64,000 nucleotides of DNA, taken from Candidatus Heimdallarchaeota archaeon (lineage in GTDB: Archaea > Asgardarchaeota > Wukongarchaeia > Wukongarchaeales > JBHIFL01). A model generated the notes under the pieces. The model searched no databases and had not been told where the DNA came from. It was given only the letters and a program-made list of their open reading frames with translations. Made by a program: the position numbers and the translations under genes. This document shows positions 28,154-38,161 of this stretch, in pieces. The stretch is taken from positions 7,306-71,305 of the forward strand of contig JBHIFL010000008.1 of assembly GCA_046761065.1 (NCBI GenBank), read 5' to 3'. Each line of letters begins with the position of its first letter. The stretch's first letter is position 1.

Positions 28154-28900
28154 ATGGAAGAATATCGCGAATTCCTCAAAAGTAAGTTATGGGAGGCTGT
28201 TTTTTACTCCGACAAAACTGATCAAAAAAGAAATATCCCTCATCCTCCGGTACAGAAAGAGTATCCGATAGAAGTTAAGCTAATCGATTTGATTGCACCG
28301 GAAAAGTTTACGATTGGGAAGATGTCGGTCATTGAAGCGATTCGAAGACGGAAAAGCCGCAGAAGATTTTCCGAAGAGCCATTGACTTTCGAAGAGCTCT
28401 CGTTTTTGCTTTGGGCAACACAAGGAGTCCATGAAATCTGGCGGGATGGGTCAGCTACAAGACGGACGGTTCCTTCAGCAGGATCTCGGCACCCCTTTGA
28501 AACGCACTTGGTCATCAATCGAGTCGAGGGATTAGATATCGGTTTTTACAGATATTTGGCTGTGGAACATCAACTATACCATATCCCAACTGAAGGGAAT
28601 CTTGCTGAACAAGTAGGTATCGCATGTCATAACCAGAAATTCGTTGGCCAAAGTGCAGTAACGTTTGTCTGGTCTGTTATTCCTTATCGATCCGAGTGGA
28701 GGTATGACAAACTTGCACATAAGATGATCGCAATTGATGCTGGTCATCTCTGCCAGAATCTCTATCTTGTATGTGAGTCTATCAACGCGGGGATGTGCGC
28801 GATAGGGGCGTATGATCAGGAAAAGATGGACAAGTTGTTCGGCTTTGATGGCAAAGACGAATTTACTATTTATGTAGCAGCTGTTGGAAAGATCGGGTAG
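28154..28900 (+). CDS. SagB/ThcOx-type dehydrogenase (nitroreductase superfamily)
   Basis: RRRKSRRRFSEEPLTFEELSFLLWATQGV and PSAGSRHPFETH are typical of the SagB-type dehydrogenase domain. Confidence 0.8.
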   Translation: MEEYREFLKSKLWEAVFYSDKTDQKRNIPHPPVQKEYPIEVKLIDLIAPEKFTIGKMSVIEAIRRRKSRRRFSEEPLTFEELSFLLWATQGVHEIWRDGSATRRTVPSAGSRHPFETHLVINRVEGLDIGFYRYLAVEHQLYHIPTEGNLAEQVGIACHNQKFVGQSAVTFVWSVIPYRSEWRYDKLAHKMIAIDAGHLCQNLYLVCESINAGMCAIGAYDQEKMDKLFGFDGKDEFTIYVAAVGKIG

Positions 28901-29051
28901 GATAACACCCGTTAATTGGTAATTCTTCCCACCAACAATTTAATTACTCATTTTAATTGCTTATGCGGCAAGAATACAAAAAATTAGGGCTGGTTTATCA
29001 CTTTTCCTATGTCAGAGAAGTCGTCCCAATACTTAGTGGAACCCAAGTTTT

Positions 29052-29567
29052 TCAATTTTGCTTTTTTTTGGCGGTTCTTATCTGAAAAACCAGTCTGATT
29101 ACGTAAATAGCTCCTCCACCAATGAAAGCCAAGATACAGAACGTGTAGACCTCAAAGCTAATGATCATGCTATTATTAAGAAGTGGATTAATTTTAAAGG
29201 GGTAAAATGGTCTTATATCCGAGTATAAAAATGAATCCAAGAAGATGTGGAGGTAGATACCAAAAAGAGATGCTGAGAGAATACTTTTGACTGATTGCTC
29301 CTGATCAAGTTTAAAAATAGACATCAAAGGCGAAAGAGCGTTCCTCATATTATTCATTATCACGACGAGGAGAAATGCAACAAACATTCCTCCTAAGAAG
29401 GAGTGAAAGAACCCATGGAGCGGATAATGTAGGTTTAAAGTTAGAACTAGAAATGGCTCACTATCAACGATTATATTAGCTACTAAAAACGTAGGAAAAT
29501 CGATGTAACGTAATAGGAGCAGTCCAAATAGCAATCCCGGTCCAAAATGAAATGGAGTAAAGGGCAT
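29052..29567 (-). CDS. integral membrane protein (possibly DUF4184-like)
   Basis: N-terminal MPFTPFHFGPGLL followed by five hydrophobic segments with conserved His residues. Family assignment is tentative. Confidence 0.5.
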   Translation of the reverse strand: MPFTPFHFGPGLLFGLLLLRYIDFPTFLVANIIVDSEPFLVLTLNLHYPLHGFFHSFLGGMFVAFLLVVIMNNMRNALSPLMSIFKLDQEQSVKSILSASLFGIYLHIFLDSFLYSDIRPFYPFKINPLLNNSMIISFEVYTFCILAFIGGGAIYVIRLVFQIRTAKKKQN

Positions 29568-29714
29568 GGTAATTACAACTCTATATAACAGCTTGAGAAA
29601 CGTACCATTCTTGAAATATTTTTTGGAAAATCAACAAAATCTAACAAAGTGCCATTTGATCTTTCCTGAAAAATCTAGAAAAGAGAGAACTTCAGTAGAG
29701 GGTAAGAACCTGCC

Positions 29715-29954
29715 CTATTGTTTGATTTTTCTCTTGCTTGCATTAAGGATTGTAATTCCTATAATTTCTCCTCGCTCATATCTGATGATGACATCATCAT
29801 CATTCAGTTCAGAATCATCCGCATGGCTAGGTTTTTGTAATTAATATATAAAACATCTGCTTCTTTATCGTATGCGATCCAAATTCTTGAGTGCGGTAAT
29901 TCCAATAACTCTGGAACGATATCCAATATCTTTTTTTACTTCTATTTCTTCCAT
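29715..29954 (-). pseudogene. DUF2283-family small protein, readable only across two homopolymer frameshifts
   Basis: Three minus-strand frames give MEEIEVKK / ILDIVPELLELPHSRIWIAYDKEADVLYINYK / PSHADDSELNDDDVIIRYERGEIIGITILNASKRKIKQ. The frame switches coincide with the T7 run at 29931-29937 and the T5 run at 29832-29836 (plus strand). Confidence 0.5.
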
Positions 29955-30246
29955 ATCTTTCGTCTCCTTTCAAATTGCCTTTTCTGCCTCGTTAAGAAGG
30001 AAGTGATCATGAATCCGTCTACCTTACTTATTTCTTTATATACAACTACAAGGTTTTACCCGCTTCTATTTCCTTCACTGCTATAAACTCCCCAGCTTTC
30101 CCTTCATAAATGATTTCTGGTCCCTCCACTGTTTCAAGGGCTTCATAATAATAACCTGCCATCTCTGGGTGCGCTTCTGTAATATGAAGCCATCTCTCTT
30201 CTGGAAATCGAATTGTTACATTGTTTTTAGACCTGACTTCATCCAT
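29942..30246 (-). pseudogene. small toxin-like partner of the DUF2283 gene, frameshifted at a 4-nt homopolymer
   Basis: Track ORF 30046..30246 (..IRFPEERWLHITEAHPEM..EIEAGK) continues in another frame as LVVVYKEISKVDGFMITSFLTRQKRQFERRRKIWKK. Its stop overlaps the ATG of the DUF2283 gene. The switch is at the T4 run 30054-30057. Confidence 0.45.
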
Positions 30247-30357
30247 TTTTTTATCAAATTCCTTTCAAGGAACTTAAGATTGTTTTTTATAACCATTTAA
30301 GAAGTTCTATGAAATATCTTCGTTATATCATGGATTAGTAAAGCATTTCAATATTAA

Positions 30358-31581
30358 ATGACCCCTATCCTCAAAAAATCAGTTCTGGAGATAAAAATGC
30401 ACAAAGGTGTAGATGGAAGAAGCTCCACTCATCTTGTTGCTAACACCATAAACTTGCGATCAATGAAAAAGTTAGGTTTAATTGTCAATCCGATTGCTGG
30501 GATGGGCGGAACTGTTGGACTCAAAGGAACGGATGGTCAAGAGATTCTTAAGAGGGCACTAGCACTCGGGGCGGTTCCAACTTCATCAAGCAGATCTATT
30601 GAAGCCTTAAAGAGAATTACTCCCATAAAAGAAAATCTTGAACTTATCACTTATCCTAATAATATGGGGGAAAAAGTGGCAATGGCGTGCAATTTTGATC
30701 CTTTAGTTATAGGATCAATCGAAAAAGAAAGGACTACTTCAGCAGACACAAAAAATGCTGCAAAAGACATGATAAGGTCACAAGTCGATCTCCTGCTCTT
30801 TGCAGGCGGAGATGGAACCGCAAGAGATATCTGTGAAATAGTGAGAGATAAACTGCCAGTTCTAGGAATTCCAACTGGGGTAAAAATCCATAGCGGGGTA
30901 TTTGCAATAAATCCCCGAAGTGCGGGAGATCTAGCTGTATTGTATTTACAAGGAAAACAAACAGGAATTCACGAAGCTGAGGTTATGGATATTGATGAGC
31001 AAGCGTTTCGAGAAAATAGAGTGTCTGCTAAGCTATATGGCTATCTGAGAGTGCCTTTCGAGAAAATGATGGTTCAAAGTTCAAAAGTCGGGGGGTTAGT
31101 AGAAGAAGAGATCGCAGTGGAAGCCATTGCTACTGAGATAGTGGAGAATCTCCAAGATAACAATCTCTACATAGTCGGTCCGGGGACGACAACAAGACCG
31201 ATTTTTGAAAAACTCAAGTTGACAAAGACTTTGTTAGGAGTAGATGTCATATATAACAGAAAATTAGTGGCCACCGATGTAAATGAATCTCTATTGTTGA
31301 ATTTGATTAAGGATAAACAAGCAAAGATTATAGTGACCGTGATTGGGGGACAAGGGTTCATTTTTGGTCGAGGAAATCAACAAATAAGTCCAAAGGTCAT
31401 TAAAAAAGTCGGTTGTGAAAATATAATAATCATCGCTACACCGGCAAAGCTCGCGTCCTTACAGGGACGTCCATTATTAGTTGATACAGGAGACACGGAA
31501 GTGGATCAAATGCTCAGTGGTTATATCAAAGTGGTTCAAGGATATAGACAGAGTGCTATCTATAAGGTAAGATCCCCCTAG
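30358..31581 (+). CDS. ATP-NAD kinase-family protein (COG3199/AcoX-like)
   Basis: GLIVNPIAGMGGTVGLKGTDG and LLLFAGGDGTARD motifs. The likely true start is ATG 30463 (MKKLGLIVNP). Confidence 0.75.
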   Translation: MTPILKKSVLEIKMHKGVDGRSSTHLVANTINLRSMKKLGLIVNPIAGMGGTVGLKGTDGQEILKRALALGAVPTSSSRSIEALKRITPIKENLELITYPNNMGEKVAMACNFDPLVIGSIEKERTTSADTKNAAKDMIRSQVDLLLFAGGDGTARDICEIVRDKLPVLGIPTGVKIHSGVFAINPRSAGDLAVLYLQGKQTGIHEAEVMDIDEQAFRENRVSAKLYGYLRVPFEKMMVQSSKVGGLVEEEIAVEAIATEIVENLQDNNLYIVGPGTTTRPIFEKLKLTKTLLGVDVIYNRKLVATDVNESLLLNLIKDKQAKIIVTVIGGQGFIFGRGNQQISPKVIKKVGCENIIIIATPAKLASLQGRPLLVDTGDTEVDQMLSGYIKVVQGYRQSAIYKVRSP

Positions 31582-31740
31582 CTACTTGTGAAAAAAAATT
31601 TTCTCCTTGTGCTTTGAGAATAGTTTATGGATACGTGTTTATATATTGAAGAAGATGTGATAATGCTTATTGAGATTGAACCAGCTTTCAACCGTTATCG
31701 GTTCACCTAGCTGAATTTGGTTGATTTCAAATTTAATTGT

Positions 31741-32995
31741 TTAACTTTTACTTTTGCTAAGATAATCATAGGCTGAAAGCACAAGGATCTTCACAATCTT
31801 GAGAAATTCTTCCACCTCAACATATTCGTCAGCTGCACCCATGTTGTGAGGAAATGGCCCGTAAACGTAAGCCGGTAGTTTCGATAACGCCAAAGGCGGC
31901 AGTCAGTGCCACCAAGGCTAATGGTGGGCTCTGGTTTTATTCCACTTACTTGAATGGCATTTGTTTGCAAGAAGTGGACCATATCCCCATTTGGGGCGCA
32001 AGAACTTGGAGGGTTGTAGATTATTTCTTTATAACTCACTTCAGGGTAGCAGGAAACGATTTTTTCCACCTCGGTTAAAACACGTTCCTTGTTCATTCCT
32101 ACTGGCAGTCGGATGCCAACTTCAAACACGCATCTCGCAGGTACCATGTTGACCTTCAATCCCCACGAATTGATCCGATATTAACAGTGATCTTATCTAA
32201 AATCTCCGACGCTCCTTTCCCATACACCATATCATTGATTTTTGCGGTCCTCTTCAGAGTAGTCACGATATTTTCCGGGACGGATACCTCTATCATAGTT
32301 AAGGCCTTAACCTCTTTTATTAGGCGACTTGCAATCTTAATTGCACTGGGGCTTGCATGGGTATAAGCGCCATGGGATCCAAGCGTGTGCACCTCGAAGG
32401 CAAGCCATAAGGAGCCTTTCTCTCCAAATCGTATAGTATAAGGACTCCCGGGCTCGCCGCTTAGACAACAGTCACCATGAACCTCAGGGAGGTGCATTAT
32501 CAAGTAACGGGAACCCCAAGGACCAAATGTCTCTTCATCAGAAACGCATGTCAAAGTTAATTTGCCTTTTAACTTGTCTCAAATACGATGGAGGTAAGAG
32601 AAAGTGAAAATCAAGGCAGATGTCCCGCACTTCATATCAGCCGCGCCTCTCCCATAAATTCGGCCTTTGGCGATGGTAGCAGACCAAGGCTCATATGTCC
32701 AACCTTCAGTATCATCCACTGGGAAAACAGCTATATGACCATTTAGCACCAAATGTCGACCCGGCGCACCACACTCGAATGCGCCAACGACATTTGGCAT
32801 CTCCTCCTTTGAAGCAATAATTTTGTAGGGCAGTTTTTGCTCGTCAAGGAACTGACTAATATGTTTGACAGCCGCGCGAGTGTCTCCTGGTGGATTTGGA
32901 CTCTTCGCTTGAATAAAACAACGAAAAAAATCAATTAGTTTATCCCGGTCTTCATCAATCCAGTGTAATAGCCTTTCCTTCTTCTGGTTATTCAT
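31741..32995 (-). pseudogene. M20-family metallopeptidase (ArgE/DapE/CPG2-like) with one in-frame TGA and two frameshifts
   Basis: Three track ORFs (32579..32995, 32156..32554, 31791..32159) are collinear parts of one M20 protein. There is an in-frame TGA at 32579-32581 (YLHRI*DKLKG). A shift occurs at the C-run 32161-32164 (expected GSIRGGLKVNMVP). Another shift near 31880 restores ..YGPFPHNMGAADEYVEVEEF.. ending at 31741. Confidence 0.65.
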
Positions 32996-33055
32996 GGTTA
33001 TTCTCTCTATTCTAAAGCTGGAACCCAGATATGATTTAATACCAAGAATTCAGAC

Positions 33056-33069
33056 AGATAAATTTATCT
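33056..33069. promoter_or_regulatory. 14-bp perfect palindrome AGATAAATTTATCT in the divergent M20/M20 intergenic region
   Basis: Self-complementary as checked by hand. It is AT-rich, so chance occurrence is plausible. Confidence 0.25.
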
Positions 33070-33297
33070 TCACAGCAATTTCATATTTTTTTGAATCATT
33101 AAACAAGATATTTCTGTCTCATTTTGAAACCTTAACAAATCCCCCTCGAACTTTAATGTGCGTGGATTATCTTGACCAATCAACTTACTTTGTTGAATGA
33201 AAATAGTTAAGCAACACAACCAGTAAACAACAAGAACAAGCAAACCAGCAAAAATCATGATCACAAGAAGATATATGACTCCAAATTATTTCACAAG

Positions 33298-34653
33298 GTG
33301 ATTGCGATTATTACAGAAACCCTTGAAAAACAGGTTCTAAGCAACATTAACGAAAAAGATGTAATTGACCTCGCCAAGGAGCTTGTAAAAATCCCAAGCT
33401 TCGCTGGTGAAGAAACACCTGTAGCAGAGTTCCTCGCCCAATGTTATAATGACCATGGCATCCATGTTAGGATGCAAGAGGTTGAGCCTAGAAGATTTCA
33501 ACCCCTAGCTACCCTTAAAGGCACTGATAGTGGAACTAGTTTACTTCTTAACGGACATATGGACATTGACCCTCTTTTCAGGGATCAAAAGGATCCATTC
33601 AAACCAATGGTCAAAGATGGACTCCTGTACGGTGCTGGTTTATGCAATATGAAGGCAGGTGTCACTGCCATGGTAATGGCGATGATAGCTATTGCCAAGG
33701 CAGGTGTAGATCTGAAAGGGGATCTCTTCTGTAACCCAGTAGTCGGTGAGCTGCAGGGAGGTGTTGGGACTCTCTATACAATTAAGCATGGACCCAGACC
33801 TGACGCTGTCGTTATTCCTGAACCTACACACCAAGCTCTGCTGCTAAAACATGGTGGGGTTTTGGATGTTGCAATCACAACATTAGGTAGGTCCAAACAC
33901 ATCTCGAAAAGAGAGGGGTCAATAGACGCTATGAAAAAGATGTGGGCGATCCAGCAGGCTCTTTATGAAATGGATGCGAAGAAGAAGTGGACCTTTAAAT
34001 TTGATCCTGACCTTCCTGACCTCCCTCTAATGAATTTAGGCAGTATCATTGGAGGTCGAGGTAGAAATTACGAACTTCGAGGTCCGTATGATGTTTCGGA
34101 TGTTTGTACTCTATTTATTGATATACGAATAAACGCTTCGCAGTCCCTTGAAACAGTAAAGAGAGATTTAACAACCCTTCTAGAGAAACTGAAAGAAATC
34201 GACCCTAAACTTGAATATGAAATTCAATTTCCGCCTGCATCTGCTGAAAATCTGGGACGTTCCATATCACCCTTCAATAAACACATAGCTGACATAATTG
34301 GACTTTACATGCCACCATTCAGTATGTCTGAGGATGAATATCTAGTTAAAGCCGTTTCATTATCTCATGAAAAGGTTACAGGAAATCCTCCTATCAAAAT
34401 TATTAGCGAAGCTACATGCCGGCTCGCAGGTGGACGTGTGGTCTATGCTGGTACAGATGCTGCCCACTATTGGAGTCGAGGAATCCCTGCATTCTGCTAT
34501 GGTCCTGGATGCACGGAACAACCGTATCTTAAGATGGGACATCATCCACCAGTACCAATTATACAAATACTAACCTGCACAAAAGCCTTAGCACTTACTG
34601 CACTGGATATTTGTACAAAAACGAAAAAAGAGTATAATAGGCTAAGATCCTGA
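33298..34653 (+). CDS. M20-family metallopeptidase/deacylase (ArgE/DapE-like)
   Basis: LLLNGHMDIDP, GAGLCNMKAG and the overall 451-aa length fit M20 family enzymes. Confidence 0.8.
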   Translation: MIAIITETLEKQVLSNINEKDVIDLAKELVKIPSFAGEETPVAEFLAQCYNDHGIHVRMQEVEPRRFQPLATLKGTDSGTSLLLNGHMDIDPLFRDQKDPFKPMVKDGLLYGAGLCNMKAGVTAMVMAMIAIAKAGVDLKGDLFCNPVVGELQGGVGTLYTIKHGPRPDAVVIPEPTHQALLLKHGGVLDVAITTLGRSKHISKREGSIDAMKKMWAIQQALYEMDAKKKWTFKFDPDLPDLPLMNLGSIIGGRGRNYELRGPYDVSDVCTLFIDIRINASQSLETVKRDLTTLLEKLKEIDPKLEYEIQFPPASAENLGRSISPFNKHIADIIGLYMPPFSMSEDEYLVKAVSLSHEKVTGNPPIKIISEATCRLAGGRVVYAGTDAAHYWSRGIPAFCYGPGCTEQPYLKMGHHPPVPIIQILTCTKALALTALDICTKTKKEYNRLRS

Positions 34654-34841
34654 TTCGCCTCATTAAATGGTAACATAGAATCCTCGATTAGTTATGATTT
34701 TTATATATCTGCTCTGTTTTGATAATATGTAGATATCCCTTCTATCTGAGTGCAGGCGGTTCCAGTTGACCTTAAATAGAACTCGATAGATAGAAAGGTT
34801 TTAGAAACGGCTCGCGCGGATTTATACTGTTAGGTGGTTAA

Positions 34842-35570
34842 ATGCAGGAATTTACGACCCGCCTTTTAGAGGTAATCCCACGTACCCATTGTGATGTATG
34901 TGCAAAGGCAATTAGTTTTCGTTTTGAAGATCCGATTGAGTTGCAGTATAAGGCAGGACAGTTCTTTGTTATTGATATCCCAGTTAATAGGGAGAAATAC
35001 CGCCACCATTTTTCCTTCTCAAGTAGTCCCACAGAAAAAGGTTATCTTGAGTTTACAACAAAAATGAGCGATTCTAATTTTAAAAAGGCATTACGCGAAT
35101 TGAATCCTGGCGATATTGTTAATTTAAAAGGTCCCTTTGGAAATTTTACTCTTACTGAGGGAATCAAGAAGATTGCCATGCTTGCTGGAGGGATCGGGAT
35201 AACACCATTCAGAAGCATCATTAAAGATAGCATAGACAAAAATCAAGCGTTAAATTTCATTTTACTTTACGGGAATCATAGAGAAGAAGATATCATCTTT
35301 AAGGAGGAGTTCGATAAGATTCAATCTTCGTTTCGCAATCTGAAAGTGGTTCACATACTTTTAGAACCACCAGAAGCATGGAACGGATATACAGGATTTA
35401 TAAATTCGAAAATAATACAAACAGAGATCCCGGATCTCACTGAAAGGCACTTTTATGTCTGTGGACCTCCACAAATGATCGAGGACATGAAAAAAATACT
35501 ACACGAACTTAGCATCCCGAATGAACAGATTAAAACAGAAGCTTTCACCGGATATTTAGGATCCACTTAA
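34842..35570 (+). CDS. ferredoxin-NADP reductase-like FAD/NAD(P)-binding oxidoreductase
   Basis: RHHFSFSSSP (RxYS-type FAD motif), LAGGIGITPFRS (NAD(P) motif) and the C-terminal YVCGPPQM. Confidence 0.8.
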   Translation: MQEFTTRLLEVIPRTHCDVCAKAISFRFEDPIELQYKAGQFFVIDIPVNREKYRHHFSFSSSPTEKGYLEFTTKMSDSNFKKALRELNPGDIVNLKGPFGNFTLTEGIKKIAMLAGGIGITPFRSIIKDSIDKNQALNFILLYGNHREEDIIFKEEFDKIQSSFRNLKVVHILLEPPEAWNGYTGFINSKIIQTEIPDLTERHFYVCGPPQMIEDMKKILHELSIPNEQIKTEAFTGYLGST

Positions 35571-35661
35571 CACAATGAATCCCATCACTCGACCATTTTC
35601 TAGTAGCAAATAATGCGGAAAAACGAACAAATAATGGTTAGTTGTCAGTAAATTTCATACC

Positions 35662-36582
35662 TTGGGAATTAAAATGAGAGTTTTCGATTTCACTTTTTTA
35701 CGTCGAAAAGACTTATTTATTTTATCCGGATGTTTATTTGCATTGGCCCTTTTTCAGATCGCATTAGAACAACAAACTACTCTTCTTTCCCCACAAGCAA
35801 GAAAAAGTGAGATTCAACCGTTTTTAATTCTTAACCACTCAATTTTTGAGTATTTAGGTCTCCTTCTCCCAATATTCACAATATTATATCTATTTATGCA
35901 CAAACGGGCTGGAATGGAATATCTACATCAACTTAGAAAATGGATCGCAACAACCTTACTTATCTTTACTGCATTCGCGATCCTGATAATCATACTCATG
36001 TTACACATATACATCCCAATGCCACCAGTACAGTTAGGTGAAATAATAACAACTGCACCAACTCCTGTTACTCCAGTCTCTCCCTCTAGCCCAGTCACAT
36101 ATCAATTAGATATACTCGAGTTTCTTGTCAAATATAGAAACTTCTTCCTTCTTGTTATCCTCATCTTACCTTTAATGGTTCTCATCTGGCTTCAAAGAAG
36201 TTCTCCTGATTTCTCTCTTGACAAACAAGAATTACAAGAGATTTTCCCGGGGGATAAACAGGACCAATATAAAAATCGAACGATTCTCGAATGTTATTAC
36301 CAAGCGTCTTATTCCTTAGAAGGACGAGGAGCAGATAGTTCCGAAAGCCTTACACCAACAGAATTCAGTATAGATGTTATCGCTAAAAATTTGTCCTCTA
36401 TCTCATCTATTGTCGGGATTACGAATTTATTCGAGAAGGCGAAATTTTCAAATCATCTAATGCCAGCACAAGATGTCGAACGGGCTAAGATCTATGCCTA
36501 TGAGATTGTATCTAGTGATTGGTTAGGTGAGGAAGATGGAGGAGGGAACCAAAAGATAAAAACTAAGGATGAAAATGAATGA
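35662..36582 (+). CDS. membrane protein with a DUF4129-like C-terminal domain
   Basis: Several TM segments, then ILECYYQASYSLEGRGADSSESLTPTEFS, which resembles DUF4129. It lies in a MoxR/DUF58 neighbourhood. Confidence 0.55.
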   Translation: MGIKMRVFDFTFLRRKDLFILSGCLFALALFQIALEQQTTLLSPQARKSEIQPFLILNHSIFEYLGLLLPIFTILYLFMHKRAGMEYLHQLRKWIATTLLIFTAFAILIIILMLHIYIPMPPVQLGEIITTAPTPVTPVSPSSPVTYQLDILEFLVKYRNFFLLVILILPLMVLIWLQRSSPDFSLDKQELQEIFPGDKQDQYKNRTILECYYQASYSLEGRGADSSESLTPTEFSIDVIAKNLSSISSIVGITNLFEKAKFSNHLMPAQDVERAKIYAYEIVSSDWLGEEDGGGNQKIKTKDENE

Positions 36583-37079
36583 GCTTTATTGATAATATTC
36601 TATCATTTTTAGAACTCACGAACCCTCTTGTAATAATTATTCTCCTTATATTGAGTTATCAAGCCATTTATTCTCAATGGGTTAAAGAAAAGGTCGATCC
36701 TAAAGTTTATTCCTTTAACAAAGGCAAAACTGAATATAAAGACCCTCCCCGACCGCATAGCACGATATTTAATGAGTTTTTAGAGCTTATTTTGATGTCA
36801 ACAACAAATAAACAAAGGCAACTAACACATACTTTTTCTCGCTTAATTAATGAGCAGATTGACAACGAACTTGTTTCTTTTAATATCCAGTTTAGTACGA
36901 GTCTTAAACGTCTGATCGAAGACCCAGATGCATGGTTTGCGGAGATTTATTATCAAATTCCTGAAAGAGGTATATTTCGTAAAATGCATGCATCAGAGAC
37001 GCTCCATGAAAATTTTATAAAAATTTTTGAAGAATTGCAAGATTTTTTTGATTTTCCTCTACTCACAGAGTCGGAATGA
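36579..37079 (+). CDS. hypothetical protein with an N-terminal TM anchor
   Basis: ORF with 4-nt overlaps to both neighbours (translational coupling). No motif recognised. Confidence 0.45.
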   Translation: MSFIDNILSFLELTNPLVIIILLILSYQAIYSQWVKEKVDPKVYSFNKGKTEYKDPPRPHSTIFNEFLELILMSTTNKQRQLTHTFSRLINEQIDNELVSFNIQFSTSLKRLIEDPDAWFAEIYYQIPERGIFRKMHASETLHENFIKIFEELQDFFDFPLLTESE

Positions 37080-38044
37080 TCACAATGCAAATAGAAGACG
37101 CTGCACATCTCTGTACCCAAATCTTAGCTGAAGTTAATAGGCATATTATAGGGAAAGAAGAAACACTAAAACAAATAATGCTGGCCTTCCTTGCGGATGG
37201 ACATATCCTTTTTGAGGATTTGCCAGGGCTTGCCAAATCCTTGATTTGCCGCGCTTTTGCCACGACCTTGGGCTGTGAGTTTAAAAGAATCCAGTGTACT
37301 CCAGATCTATTACCCCAAGACATCATTGGTTCAGAAATCTATAATCAGAAAACACATGAGTTCGAATTTAAGAAGGGGCCAATTTTTTCTGATATTATCC
37401 TATCAGATGAAATAAACCGTGCAACACCAAAAACGCAGAGTGCATTACTGGAAGCAATGGCAGAATATCAAGTTACTGTAGGAAGGACCACGTATCAACT
37501 CACTGGTCCAGGAAAACCCTTTCTTGTTGTTGCCACTCAAAATCCTATAGAACTTGAGGGAACCTTTGCACTTCCAGAAGCCCAAATAGACCGATTTCTA
37601 GCGAAAATTAAAATAGGATACCCAACGAAGGACGCAGAACGAATTATTCTAAGTAATCGAATTAAAAGAAAACAAAAGGCATTCAATTTCATTCAAATAA
37701 CAAATCGCCAGACTTTTTACGACATGCAACGTACTGTAGAAGAGGTTCATATTTCTGATGAAATTAAGGACTACATTGTAGATATCGTGCAACGTACGCG
37801 GGACACACCAAAAGTGAAAGTCGGTGCGTCCCCAAGAGGATCTTTAGATTTGATGGCACTCGCACGCGCTAGTGCTGTACTAAATAACCGGGATTATGTT
37901 ATTCCACAAGATGTCAAAGAACTCGCACTTATTGCCCTTGATCACCGATTAATTCTAGAAGTTAGTTCTTGGTTATCTGGAACATCTTCTAGGATGATCC
38001 TTGAAAAAATCTTGAATGGAGTTAAAGCACCAAGAAAAGAATAA
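37076..38044 (+). CDS. MoxR-family AAA+ ATPase
   Basis: GHILFEDLPGLAKS (Walker A variant), ILSDEINRATPKTQSALLEAM (Walker B/sensor) and VVATQNPIELEGTFALPEAQIDRF. Confidence 0.9.
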   Translation: MITMQIEDAAHLCTQILAEVNRHIIGKEETLKQIMLAFLADGHILFEDLPGLAKSLICRAFATTLGCEFKRIQCTPDLLPQDIIGSEIYNQKTHEFEFKKGPIFSDIILSDEINRATPKTQSALLEAMAEYQVTVGRTTYQLTGPGKPFLVVATQNPIELEGTFALPEAQIDRFLAKIKIGYPTKDAERIILSNRIKRKQKAFNFIQITNRQTFYDMQRTVEEVHISDEIKDYIVDIVQRTRDTPKVKVGASPRGSLDLMALARASAVLNNRDYVIPQDVKELALIALDHRLILEVSSWLSGTSSRMILEKILNGVKAPRKE

Positions 38045-38161
38045 CGTTCTTGTAATAAGAAAAAGATAAGTGAAGGAGGAATTTTCCTGGTAAAACGATT
38101 CAGGTTAGAATCTTTTCTTCTTATATCCTTTATTCTCCTATTTTTAGGAACTTTATTTCGA

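Noticed and set aside
28154-28900. The SagB-type dehydrogenase as part of a thiazole/oxazole RiPP (TOMM) cluster, with track ORF 27964..28149 as precursor peptide.
   Set aside because: No YcaO or cyclodehydratase gene is within several kb. The upstream ORF is low-complexity, AT-rich, Cys/Ser/Thr-poor at its C-terminus, and overlapped by an equally long antisense ORF.
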